The translations under genes and the position numbers were made by a program. Source: Hormiphora californensis (Eukaryota; Animalia; Ctenophora). From it: a DNA stretch of 64,000 bases. How positions within the stretch are numbered: the stretch's first letter is position 1; each line of letters opens with the position of its first letter. The notes beneath the pieces are model-generated. The model worked only from the letters and a program-made list of their open reading frames with translations, was not told the DNA's origin and ran no database searches. Positions 37,585 through 50,636 of this stretch are shown here, piece by piece. The stretch spans positions 8,866,001-8,930,000 of the forward strand of contig CM035352.1 in NCBI GenBank assembly GCA_020137815.1. Reading direction: 5' to 3'.

Positions 37585-37952
37585 CTGCAAAAAGAATTGA
37601 CATCATTGTGTGTAGTACACAGTGTACGAGGGGGAAGCTGCAGACTCTTTGTATGAGTTAGAGAGTGTAGAAGCAGCTGTATTAGTGCAGCATGTACACA
37701 AACATCTAAGTTCATATCATATGCATGACGTAGTGTAGAGAAGGAGGTAGGAAGTGTATATTTGATATAGGAGGAGTTACTACATGAACAACAATTTAAA
37801 AAGACCCGGATTAGAGAAGGTATTTAGGGGTTTGAACAGCAATCCCGCTGAACATGATCACAGCACGCAAAGCAAGTTTCGTAAGACACTAATCTCTCTC
37901 TCTCTCCTCTCTCCTCCTCTCTCTTCTTCTCTCTCGTCTCTCTCTCCTCTCT

Positions 37953-37990
<38 letters not shown>

Positions 37991-38130
37991 CTCTTCTCTC
38001 TCCCGCAGGAAGGTTTTTGATTGAATACGCCAGCATCCAGCACTGTCCCTCACACTCTCACGACACATGCAGCACAGCATCCACAGTTCGCGTTGCTGAT
38101 CCTTGTTTTTTATCTCTGTTTACAACTGAT

Positions 38131-39091
38131 ATGATAGTTGTTATCACTTCCCTTCTTATCAATACAGTAAGTACTGCAGTAGATCCCATTTCGTCGCCAT
38201 GGAAACGTGGAACGGGGCGATTTTTGGAATTTTGGATGAATGGATGGGTTACCATGGTGTTTGAAAACTTGGCTGCCAGCCAATATCTCCTCTCTCCCTT
38301 CTCCAGGTATTTGGTGATGGGGTGCTCTCCCTTCAGATCCTATCGTACAACAACCCCTTGTCCACATCACTAACGGGGGAGGAATGTGCGGGACAGTGCG
38401 TTAATACCTTCACCCTCACTACCACTACCAGGTAACCATGGGGAAATGGAACAGTGGGGACGCCAACACTGTATTGGACTTTTTTTTTGGGAATTTGGGG
38501 CTGTCTGAGATGTCAGGCCAATGGTCTGATCGCGGTTCTCATGCGCTCGAAAGCAATGAGAATAGGCTCAGGCCAATGCTCTGTGCCTACTCCCCATCAT
38601 CCAAATTAGAAATATTAGCCTGTTCTAATGCAGTGTTTCTGTTTCAGAGTGAGAACAGCTGGAATGGTTCTCACAGAGATTTCCCAGCTTGATTCAGATA
38701 ATAATATCGGGGATGTTCACAGCTTCTCAAGCTCTCTAGGCGGGGACTGGCCAAACCCTTTGACCATATACTTTGCAGATGAGGTATACTAATTTTATGC
38801 CTTCTAAATGAGGCCTGTGGAAGCTGAGATAAAAAGAATTACTTGATTAATTTGATTGATTTTGTAGTCTTTCGACCTATGGGACCAACAAACCCAAGCC
38901 GTGCACACAATAACCCCTCCCTATTACAACAGGTCCGGCTGGTATTCTCCCTGTTGGTGATTGGTGTTGAGAAGAACTACCCGAACAATGAATATTCCAT
39001 GGCCACCTTCACTTACAATACAACTGGGGTTCCAGCAGAGGAGAGGGTTGTCCTACTGAGCGGTAGTGCCAGCTTAACTTTCTCTTACACT
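38131..39091 (+). CDS. Delta/DSL-like gene, 5' half (signal peptide + MNNL/C2-like domain; 4 exons)
   Basis: Exons 38131-38166, 38307-38431, 38648-38783 and 38933-39091 splice in frame: MIVVITSLLINTVFG-DGVLSLQILSYNNPLSTSLTGEECAGQCVNTF...GSASLTFSYT. Ends in a phase-0 donor GTGAGT. Confidence 0.7.
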
Positions 39092-39242
39092 GTGAGTACC
39101 ACGACGGGGGTTAATAGAGCTGGCTATCCACGACGGTTAGTGTAGTACGAGACTGCTGGCTTGCTGATTTTGTGTACACAATCGTACTGCAGTATACTGT
39201 CAGGTCAATGCTCTGACAGTCACAGAATTTCTTGTAACTCAC

Positions 39243-42203
39243 CTAATCCAAGACCATCAACAAAACCGGCTGCCACTGCAACGATGTTCTTCAAGGCTCC
39301 ACACAATTCCACAGTTTGGCTGTCTGGTGAAAAATAGATCTGTTGTAAGGGTTAGCAAGGAGTTAAACACAACAGGTGACCCCTGAATGGTTTTTAGTAA
39401 ACACTGTAAAAGTTGTTTCTGGAGTGAGGGTCAGAGTTGTATACTTCAATTCACTAAATTACTATTTATTATTGATTTAGGTGCAAGTCCGAAGCTGATT
39501 CTAATCACCGTGTGGTTTAGTAAACACAGTTTAGTAAACACTGTTTAGTAAACACTGTTTACCTTGGACGGGCGTGGTACGGAAGTAGGATGTATTGAAT
39601 AGACTCTGGTACACGTCACACATATTGGCATCATTGCAACCAATCGTGGCTTCTGAAAACTCCTCCCTGGCAACCTAGACAGGGATATCAAGACTTATTA
39701 ACTAGATCCAAAACCAAATAAGTTTGGTGGACTTTCTCAATAGTAATCTAGCCCTAACAACAGTCGCCTGACACTGTGTCCGTGCTCCGGAACAAAAAGA
39801 AAGTATGAACAACTAGCCCTAAATTCAGTAACAGTATCTCTAACAATCCACTGACCTCATTGGCAATGTTGGCTCCCATTAGCACGGAGCACTCAGTACC
39901 CAGTTCCCCCTGGATTAGACTGGAAATTAGGGCCAACTCTGAGCTATCCTGAAGTCCCTTGATACAGGAGAGAGATACCGCTCCTTGTTTGATACTACCA
40001 TTGATCTTACCACAGATACCCTTCACAAACTGAAAGGGAGATAAAGAGTGTCAAGCTAAAATACATAACGATACAAAAAGAGGAGGACTTTAAATGGTAG
40101 ACAAGATATATTACAAGCAGTATAAATCTTGTAAAACATCGTGCATCAAGTGATTGTGGTGATTTAAAAAAGTATGTGTTACCAAGGTTACCATGGTTAC
40201 TAATTACCATTGTAAAATTTTGAGATATAATATAATTCTTTAGGTAGCACTGCTTGTACAACTTATAACACCCCCCAGTGTTATAAGTTTTCACTTATAA
40301 CACCCCCCAGTGTTATAAGTTTTCACTTATAACACCCCCCAGTGATACATGAAAACTTATAACACTGCTGCACTTCGAACTCCTTACTCCACTATTTCTG
40401 TCACACTTAAAAACCGTTAGAAAGATAAACGTGTACGAATTCCCTCTCTCTCTTTCTTTATGTCACACTCTCACGCCGTTGCAGCACCGATATCAAGATA
40501 ACGGTTACGAACTCCCTGACCCACACATTCTTTATCTCTGATCTCACTCTCACTAATCTCTCACTCTCTTTACCTATCTCAGGCGTTATCTTATCTTATA
40601 CTGATTTCTCTGCCTGCTACCCTATCATGAATTCGTTCTATTGTTACGCCCTAAAGTGTCTCTCACTCTTGTTTTAAAAATTTTACAATGCAATTTTATT
40701 ATGCCTATTTTCGTTGTACCTGAAGTCAACAATAATGTCCCAGATTCTTACACTTTTAGACCTCGCAGGCTCGGTCAAAAAGTAAAACTACATCACTCGC
40801 AGGCTCGTGAGGTAGTTACACTTAGTGGCACTCGCAGGCTCGTGCACTAAAGTACAAGAATCTGCCTCGACCTGTGGTCTCGGATCATTATTGTTGTACT
40901 TATAACACTCGACCTTCGGTCTCGTGTTATAAGTTTTCAGGTACAACTTATAGACATAATAAAATCCTACATGGTTAGTGGTTACTCTATATACCTGATG
41001 AGGTAGTACCCACAGGAGGATATCCGCTCCCTTGACACTCTCCACAACATCAGTAACAGCCACTACATTCTCAGGTAGTTTAACACCCGGTAAATACTTG
41101 ATGTTCTCGTGGGTCGTGTTGATCATTTCAGAGAGTTTCTGACCGTTCACTACCTCCTCAAACACCCACATACGCACCTGGCAACAGCTGTGTTAAATAT
41201 TCAAAATGGAATCACTCGAGAAGGTAGATGTAATTATTCATAACATCTGAGTGGGCCGTGTGTAAATTGAAATCATCCTATTAACGGGTGACAACTAAAA
41301 ATTGTCCCTAATTTAAAACGGCTGTAGAATTTTTCCCTTTTGAGATACAGCTTCGGGCCAGCGATAGAACGATTTTTCAGACAATTTTAAATCGGAGTAA
41401 CATAACGGCGAAGACTAAAAAGTTCATTTTCATTGCGATATCGCATCATTTCCTCTTGCCCCACCAAAGCATGAAGTACGTGAAATCTACACAATCTTCT
41501 AGCACCTCTAGCGCCTGTTCTGTTTGAGATACAGCTTCGGGATAGCGACAGAATGATTTTTCAGACAATTTTGAACGAAATTAACTTTGTTTCAAACTCC
41601 GTTAATCTCAATTTCCTGATCAGAATCTTCTGTAACAAAGCGGTGTTTACAGGTAATTTGAGAAATCGCCATTTCGACAATCTCTTGAAACATTAATGAC
41701 GCGGTAAACCAACTTCCTAATGAGCTGAAATTTTCAAACTTGGCAGTTATGTTGGTTATGGCATGAACGACTAGACTTCCAATTTTGAGAATTCTATTTC
41801 ATCGGGAAGGTCGTTTCTGATAACATTGAAATTTCAAATCTCCGTACTACATGCTTTGGAGGGACAAGAGGAAATGATGCGATATCGCAATGAAAATGAA
41901 ATTTTTAGACTTTGCCGGTATGTTATTCCGATTCAAAATTGTCTGAAAAATCGTTCTATCACTAGCCCGAAGCTGTATCTCAAAAGAAAAAATGTATACA
42001 GCCGTTTTGAATTAGGGACAATTTTTAGTTGTCACCCGTTAGGAAGCTGGAATTGTTTCTATCCACACTCGAGAGAATTCTTTTCTCTATTTTACCTCCT
42101 TGTCAAAAAGGTTGGGGTGTCGGGGGGTGTTGGATCCGACAATTTTAGCAATTGCACATCCCCAGTTTCCACTGCCGATTACGGTTACTTTCCTAGCTGC
42201 CAT
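39243..42203 (-). CDS. GPD1: Glycerol-3-phosphate dehydrogenase [NAD+], first five exons (3' exons not found)
   Basis: [23 protein letters not shown]; VRMWVFEE...[19 protein letters not shown]...VLPHQ; [11 protein letters not shown]; [12 protein letters not shown]; [22 protein letters not shown]. Confidence 0.9.
41284..42039. mobile_element. TA-flanked MITE with ~180-bp TIRs in GPD1 intron 1
   Basis: TA-ACGGGTGACAACTAAAAATTGTCCCTAATT ... AATTAGGGACAATTTTTAGTTGTCACCCGT-TA. Confidence 0.8.
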
Positions 42204-42588
42204 ATTCTGTTTGCTATACTATGAGAAAACAAGGAGTAAGTACCCGGGGTTTAGAACACATTTTAGAATCTTTGAGACATCTATCATAGATGTCATAGAT
42301 GTCATATACTATTAATCCAAGGGTAACCGGGCAAGCAGGAATTTTGACAATTGACAAATCGAATATTGAGGCAAACATAATTAAGATATACCCAAGTCCC
42401 AAACATAATATGTAATAGGTAGAATAACTGATTACAAAACTCTCAATACACAATAAAAAAAATGAAAACTTCTGGCCTCAACACGGAATAAAACCGCCCA
42501 CTCCAGAAATGAGAGATAAAGAGGGTAAGAGAGTGAGGAAAATTGAGAACACGCCACTGCTACCCACGCATGTCCTGTCCCACACAAT

Positions 42589-42673
<85 letters not shown>

Positions 42674-42771
42674 CTCTCCCCTCTCTCTCTCTCACCCTTA
42701 ACAGCTTCCCGCATCCAAAAAGCACATAAACCGTTTGTCTCTCCCAGGGGGCAGCTACCACAACAATGATC

Positions 42772-44659
42772 TCAGAGTGAGGAGAGAATAGCGTCTACCG
42801 CACAACTGAAGTTGTCCACTATCATGGTAGGAGTTACCGTAGCATGGTTCTCATCTTTCTCAGGCCTGCAAGAACCCTCCAATAAGTTTGTAAAAGAGAT
42901 GGTCGAACATCAACAAGGCAACAAGAACCATGTTATTGTGTGAAGAAAACATTTTACAAATAAATAGATGATCACAATCTCTCTCTCATCACCAAATTCG
43001 TTGATCTAAAACCTTATCTAAAACTAACTAATAACTGAATTCGAACCTGAATTTCCCTGTCCTAACAAGAATTCCCTGAAGGCCAGTAGCCATTGAACCA
43101 CCGATATCAGACTCCACATCATCTCCAATCATGACACACTGTGGGTGGTGGTGTGTCAGCACAGTATGGTGGTAATATTATGGGGGAAATACGTCCAATT
43201 ATCATTGTATATTGGTAGTATGCAGAGTGCAGATTGCAGACGTACTGCGACAGAGTAAATTACTTCTTCCATATTCTTCCATATTACTCTTTCTCTCTCA
43301 TTACTCTGAGTGATGAGAGAGAAAAAGGAAAATGGAAAAAAAGTGAACTTTGAACAAAATTTTCCGTTCATTTGTACCTGGTCAGGTGGAATTCCTAAGA
43401 TTTTGGCAGCTTGTGTGAAAAACATGGCGCTTGGTTTCCCAATACACTCCGCCTTGCATTGACTCGAATACTGAAAGTGAGTAAAAAGTAACAAACTTGC
43501 TGTCAGGCAAATGCTCTGACCACAGTTCTCGGGCGCTCCGCGAACTGAGAGAAATGAGAATAGGGTCAGGCCAACGCTCTGACAGCAAACTTGCTACTAT
43601 GTTCATAAACAACCATTTTGTGATAATCTATGGGTTCCATGGAAGGGGATATAAATAGTACTGCTTGTGGTAATATCTGGTTTACAGGGAGGGGATATAG
43701 AGGTTACTGAAACTAGTAAACTGTTACCTCAAGACCAGTCACAAAGCAGCCAACGTCCAGCTTGAGTCCAACCCTCTTATCCTTATAGAATTTACTGAAC
43801 AATGTGTTAGAAACTTTCAACAACAAACGCCATGAAACATGCACGTTGAACTTACCTTTTGCCCAAGCAAAAGAATTTCTTGTCTCCTGAAAATAAGGTT
43901 TTATAGAATCACAATATAATTTGGTTGTTGGTGGGATCAGTCGGTATGTTTTGATTTACTGTACCTTTAACGAGATGTCTGAAAGTGTTGTCCATGGCTT
44001 CGTATGTGAACCCGTCCTCTGCATCTCCGACAATGACTGTATTTGGGTCACTGCTGGATTCCCCAAATTCCTCCTGAACTCGCTTGTGCACCAAGAAGTG
44101 CGGTCTGTATCCCTCGTCTTTTATCAACTGGAAGTGGAGGGGGAGTTTTTGACACTCTTATTAGCTGAGATAGTACAAATCTGTGACCGGTGACGAAAGT
44201 TCCTTTTACAAGAAGGAGAGAACAGTATTCATAGTATCTACAACCATGTAAAGTATTGAAACCTGTTTCATAACCGAGACGGGAGATATTATCATTTCCG
44301 AGGAAACTGGAAATCCAATTCTCTGTAGTTTTTCTGCCATTCGATCAGTCGAATAAGTGCTTTCGTTCGTACAGAGAACTGTTGGTATACCAGATTCCAT
44401 TAACCTGTCAAAATACTTCTAAAAATGACCAGTCGTATTATTAAATTCATTCAAGTTGTTACCTTTTGAAAGCATCAACTGATTGTGAAATAGCGATATC
44501 GTCTCCATCTTCCGTCCCATCTTTCAGCACACCACTAATATCAGTTAGTACTCCTGAGGGGAGTATTTTCTCAATAACCTGTCAATCTGTGGATTTCAAT
44601 CCGCAATCGACACAATCAAAAATTAAAATTATACCTTTCGGTTTAGAGACGAGACTCAT
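42772..44659 (-). CDS. LHPP: Phospholysine phosphohistidine inorganic pyrophosphate phosphatase (HAD class IIA)
   Basis: GVLTDISGVL (motif I), LCTNES, PNTVIVGDAEDGFTYEAMDNTF, LDVGCFVTGLE, IGKPSAMFF, MIGDDVESDIGG, LVRTGKFR, VDNFSCAVDAIL*. Confidence 0.85.
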
Positions 44660-44858
44660 ATCCGCAGTATTTAAATTCCTTATCTATCAAAACAGCGACA
44701 TTAGACAAAAACTACAAGTTTACAAGTTTACAAGTTTACAAGTTTACAAGTTTACAAGTTTACAATTAAAGTTTTATTTATAAAGAAACAGGCCTTCCCT
44801 GAATGGGTCCACCTAAATAAAATTAAGTTGAAAAACTATCCCTTCACACTCACACTCA

Positions 44859-47800
44859 TCAGCACAGCACAGCACATTGAGGCGAAAGGTCATTTGGAAG
44901 TGGCGGGTACCCTCTGACTGGAGGACGATCGTGAAATCCTGTCAAGTAATTGCCCAATGAAGATTTGAACTGATTCAAGCTCACACAAGAATTGACAGCA
45001 GCTGGTAGAGTGTTCCATAAATGAGCTGCTCTTGGACCAAATGAGCAGTGAAATTGATTAGCTCGTTTCGTTTCTGCTCTATAGGGGTAAGGTGGTGGGA
45101 CTATCCGCATACCCAGTCTAGCGTGCTGTTGAAATACTAGGTTGGCAGAGTTAGGTACAAAACCATGAATCGTCTTCCACACATGAATCAGAAAGTAGCG
45201 CTGTCTCCGACGCTGGAGGGACATAAGATTGAGCAATTTCAGTCTATCCCAATAGTCATGACCCTGCATACCATCAAGACGTCTGGTGAAACAACGTTGG
45301 ACATTCTCAATAGCCTTGATATCACCAGCCTTGGAAGGGTTCCAGACTAGGCAACAGTACTCAAGAATAGGCCTGACCAAGGACTTGAAAAGCTGTACCA
45401 TAACCTCCGGAGAACGGTCCCGAAAAACGCTGAATATCCAGCCACTCAAGAGGGAAGCCTTCCGCACTATGATAGAAATGTGCCTCGTCCATGACCCATC
45501 TGAAGACATCTGGACACCCAGATCACGAACATCAGGTTCGGGGGTCAACTGCACACCTGAGCTTGTAGTATATGAAAACACTTCAGCTGCGAAAGGAAAC
45601 TGTCTGAGGATAGCAGACTTATTCAGACTATAGCTCAAGAGCTGAAATTTATCCTCATGTAACTTCATATTGTTCTTCTTTGCCCATTCTGCCACTCTTA
45701 AAAGATCGTTCTGTAGGCACGCCTGGCTAGTCATATCCGAAATAGCTTTCACCAACTTAGTATCGTCAGCAAAAGTTAGACACATGCTACCGTCTAGCAC
45801 TGACTCCAGGTCAAGAATATATATGAGGAAAAGAAGTGGTCCGAGCACACTACCCTGGGCAACCCCACTAAGTACCTCAACCCAGGGTGACCTCACTCCA
45901 TCCACCATTACACACTGATTCCTGCCCAGGATCCACGCACTAATCCACTGAAGGAGTTGACCTCCAATACCATATCGCCTCAATTTAGCTAGCAGAACAT
46001 TGATATCCACTGAATCAAATGCTTTACTAAAATCTAAGTAGATAGCATCGACTTCCTGATCACCGCATAGTTCAGATAGGATGATGTCAACATGGGTTAG
46101 TAGCTGTGTCATGGTACTGCGCCCCTTTCTGAAACCATGCTGTGTGTCACTCTGCAACTCCATCTCGTCCAAGTAGTCACTGATCCGTTTCCTCACCAGC
46201 CGCTCAAACACTTTAGACAGGTGACTTGTTATAGACACTGGGCGATAATTCACAGGTTTCGATTTAGCCCCCTTCTTGAATAACGGTGTTATGAACTGTT
46301 GCTTTAAGCAACTAGGGACAGATCCGTCTTCAAATGACCTGTTCCACAACATCCAAATCGGGTATGCCAGGCTACTGCTGCACTGTTTCAGAACAAAAGA
46401 AGGAATGCAGTCAGGAGGGGATGCTGAAAATGGTTTAAGTTCCTTCAAGCCAGTCTGGATACATTCCTGTGAAAACTCCAAACTTGTCAGGATCTCCCCA
46501 AGGTCCTCCACGTTACCAGCTGCCTCTGCGGGGTCGATAGCGGCAGGATCACTAAAAACGCTGGAAAACTGGTGTTGGAGTAATCCAGCCTTCTCTTGAG
46601 GATCCACAGTTAGTGAACCATCTTCACGCTCAAGGGGTGCAACTGAAGATTTAACCTTTGATTTCCTCTTGACGTGTGAATAAAAGTACTTCGGGTTTTC
46701 TTTAATTACGTCGACAGCCTTCCTCTCTGCCTTCTTGTCCCTTGATATCAAATGGTCCTTTATCCTTCCAATAATCCAGTCCATCTGTGATTTCCATTTG
46801 TTTGAATCGTCCTCTCGTTTAACCAATTTACGTCTCCTGCTGGTTAAGTGTTTCAGTTCTTTGTCCACAAACTCTTTCCTGATTTTCTTCAACCGACAGT
46901 GTGACTTTACAACTTTGAACACTTTGTCACGCATGGCCTCCACAAAAAGGGAACCATCCTCGTCTCCCAGTTCTTCACATTCCGTCAACATTCGATCCCA
47001 ATCAGTAGCCGCTAGTTCCGCATCAATACTAGTGAAGTCAGCCGACTGAAGATCCAATTGACGATAACCCTCAAGTGTACTGGGAAGAAATAAACTTTTA
47101 GGACCGAGAGGGTTGAAAGATAGTTCACATGATACCCAGGAATGATCCGAGATACCCCCATCCGTAATAGAAATATCGCTGAAATATTCTGGACGGTTGG
47201 TAAACACAAGGTCTAGCGTGTTGTTGCCTCTTGTAGGGCCCTCAACAACTTGGGATAGAAAGTTTGCGTCCATGAAATCAGCAACAACATTGTAGTTAGG
47301 CTGATCAACCGGGACAGACGAACCATCAGACCACTGAAAAAGAGGAAAATTAAAATCCCCAGAAATTACGGTACTACCCGCATCCTCCATATCCTTAAAT
47401 CGATAGTGTTTACGCAGTGAATACAGAGCGAATGCAGAGTGAATGCAGAGCGAATGCAGAGTGAATGCAGAGTGAATGCAGAGCGAATGCAGAGTGAATG
47501 CAGAGCGAATGCAGAGTGAATGCAGAGTGAATGCAGAGTGGTTCCAGAGTGAATACGCAGTGAATGCAGAGTGAATACGCAGTGAATACGCAATCATTGG
47601 GGATATCCTACCAGAACTGTTTACGCAGTGAATACAGAGTGAATACGCAGTGAATACAGAGTGAATACGCAGTGAATGCAGAGCGAATACGCAATCATTG
47701 GTAATATCCTACCAGAACTAGAATGTAAATACTAGAATGTAAATACGCAGTGATAAAAAAATTGGATATTGTTGCTACAACCCGAAAAAAAGTGGTTTTG

Positions 47801-50592
47801 TCTCTCTCTCTCTCCCTCTCTATCTCCCTCTCCCTCTCCCTCTCTATCTCTATCTCTATCTCCCTCTCTATCTCTATCTCTATCTCTATCTCTATGTCCC
47901 TCTCTCTATCTCTATCTCCCTCTCCCTCTCTATCTCCCTCTCTATCTCTATCTCCCTCTCTCTATCTCCCTCTCCCTCTCTATCTCCCTCTCTATCTCCC
48001 TCTCTCTCTCCCTCTCTATCTCCCTCTCCCTCTCCCTCTCTATCTCTATCTCTATCTCCCTCTCTATCTCTATCTCTATCTCTATCTCTATGTCCCTCTC
48101 TCTATCTCTATCTCCCTCTCCCTCTCTATCTCCCTCTCTATCTCTATCTCCCTCTCTCTATCTCCCTCTCCCTCTCTATCTCCCTCTCTATCTCCCTCTC
48201 TATCTCCCTCTCTATCTCCCTCTCTATCTCCCTCTCTATATCTATCTCTATCTCTATCTCTATCTCTATCTCTATCTCCCTCTCTCTATCTCTATCTCCC
48301 TCTCTATCGCTATCTCTATCTCTAACTCTCTATCTCTCTATCTCTCTATCTCTCTATCTCTCTATCTCCCTCTCCCTCTCCCTCTCCCTCTCCCTCTCCC
48401 TCTCCCTCTCCCTCTCCCTCTCCCTCTCCCTCTCCCTCTCCCTCTCCCTCTCCCTCTCCCTCTCCCTCTCCCTCTCCCTCTCCCTCTCCCTCTCCCTCTC
48501 CCTCTCCCTCTCCCTCTCCCTCTCCCTCTCCCTCTCCCTCTCCCTCTCCCTCTCCCTCTCCCTCTCCCTCTCCCTCTCCCTCTCCCTCTCCCTCTCCCTC
48601 TCCCTCTCCCTCTCCCTCTCCCTCTCCCTCTCCCTCTCCCTCTCCCTCTCCCTCTCCCTCTCCCTCTCCCTCTCCCTCTCCCTCTCTATCTCTATCTCTA
48701 TCTCTACCTCTATCTCTATCTCTATATCTCTATCTCTATCTCTATCTCTATCTCTATCTCTATCTCTATCTCTATCTCCCTCTCTATCTCCCTCTCTATT
48801 CTTTTCCTGTCTCCAGAATATGTACGAGGGATCAACTACGTGCATAAGGCTGGCGGACAAACTGTCTGAGTCGTTCTGCGTCCTAATCGGCACCGAACAG
48901 GGGCACCCTTTATCCCCCGAACTATTTAAAATGTTTGTTCACGAGCTATCCCATCTTCTCAACGAAACACCAGGAACTTTCCCCCAACTTGACAACAAGC
49001 CAACCAATAACCTGATGTGGGCGGACGACATTGTGGTCCTGGCTCTCAACAAGACTTCTTTACAGTCTCTTCTAGACACCCTGGGTCACTACACAAGGAC
49101 GTGGGAACTTGAAGTTAATATTGACAAAACCCAGGTGTTAGTTTTTAACAAACAGGGCAGACTTCTACCGGAAAGCTATGGATTCAAGCTAAATAACAAA
49201 TCCCTTCAACCAACCAAGCATTATTGCTATCTGGGCCTGATCTTCTCCGCAACAGGTTCCCTCAAACCAGCAATTGAAAACCTATCAACCAAAGGGAAAC
49301 GTGCATGTCTAGTTCTCAAACGTACAATAAACTCACAGGCTCTCTCGGGCTGGAGTCTGATGAAGCTATTCGACCACCTAATTGCTCCCATCCTAACTTA
49401 CGGAGTACCGGTGTGGCTACCCACCACTCAAGCGGCAAGAGCGAGAACCAGAGGAGATCATCTAGACCATAAAGGATACTTCAAGAGACTATCTACCGAT
49501 CATTTTGAACGAGTACACCTTGGATTTCTCAAATGGGTACTGGGTGTGCACAGCAAAACAACCAACACGGCAGTGTACGGAGAAACGGGAAGAGCACCCC
49601 TATCAATCTCGGTCCATCAGCAGTGCTCGAAATATTTCATTAGAGCCCTGTCAAAAGCATCAGATGACCAAGACTCATCTCTACTCGCCCTCGCCGTCCG
49701 TGAACAACGCACTCTCAACCTGGAGTGGTTTGACTTTTGGGACTCCACCCTAAGGATAGGCGGCAGAGACCAACTTGAACATCAACATGTTCACCACTGG
49801 GACGCACTGCGCAGCACCCAATCCAAACTCAATTTCTTCAACACGATTAAACAAGAGTATGGATACTCCCAATACCTGGATCTACGAAGACAAGACAGAA
49901 CACACGTCGCCAAACTGAGACTCAGTGCCCACGACCTCCTTATCGAAACAGGTCGGTACACGGGTGACCTGCGCACATGCCGTTACTGTGTTGACAGATC
50001 AAACGCCGTTACTCTCAACCAGCTACCTATGGTGGACCCTATCTTTGAGGATGAAACACACGCTCTATTTGACTGTCCCGAGTACGAGGAACTGAGAAAG
50101 AACACGCCAGAACTTCTCCAAATATCACTCAAATCCAAAAGCACATCACACATCTTCAATCCCGAACTGATCACACCACTCAACAAATTTCTGGCCGCAT
50201 GTCGCACATATAGATCAGAAAGTCCTGCTAACTGCCTCAGGGCGAAGAACCGGTTCCACTGATAAATCTTCATGTCCGGTGAAGAGTTGCAGCCCACGTT
50301 TATCTAACTCTATCTGCATGCTTGGGTGTGCGTGTGAGTGTGTGTGTGTACGTGTGTGTGTGTGCGTGTGTGGGTTTGACCGGTATGTGCTGTATTAGTT
50401 GGTGATTTTTTTTTGTGCAATATTGCAGTCTCGTTAGAGTTTAGTGGGAGCGTTTTTTGGTGTTTTCGGGTGATTGTGAGTCGGAGTGGGCGTGTGTGCG
50501 TGTACGCGTGTGGGTGATTGTATGCGTGTGTGTTGTGTGTCCGTTTTTTTGTGTGTGTGTGCGTGCGTGAGTGTGTGTGAGCGTGTGTGAGT

Positions 50593-50636
<44 letters not shown>

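Noticed and set aside
37621-37740. VYEGEAADSLYELE... as the displaced GPD1 C-terminus
   Set aside because: Only vague resemblance; the conserved GPD1 C-terminal motifs are absent.
47370-47597. N-terminus of the 912-aa ORF ([11 protein letters not shown] repeats) as a novel RT fusion domain
   Set aside because: It is the satellite-rich TIR of the inserted element reading fortuitously in frame; the real ORF2 N-terminus is at 53321-52849.
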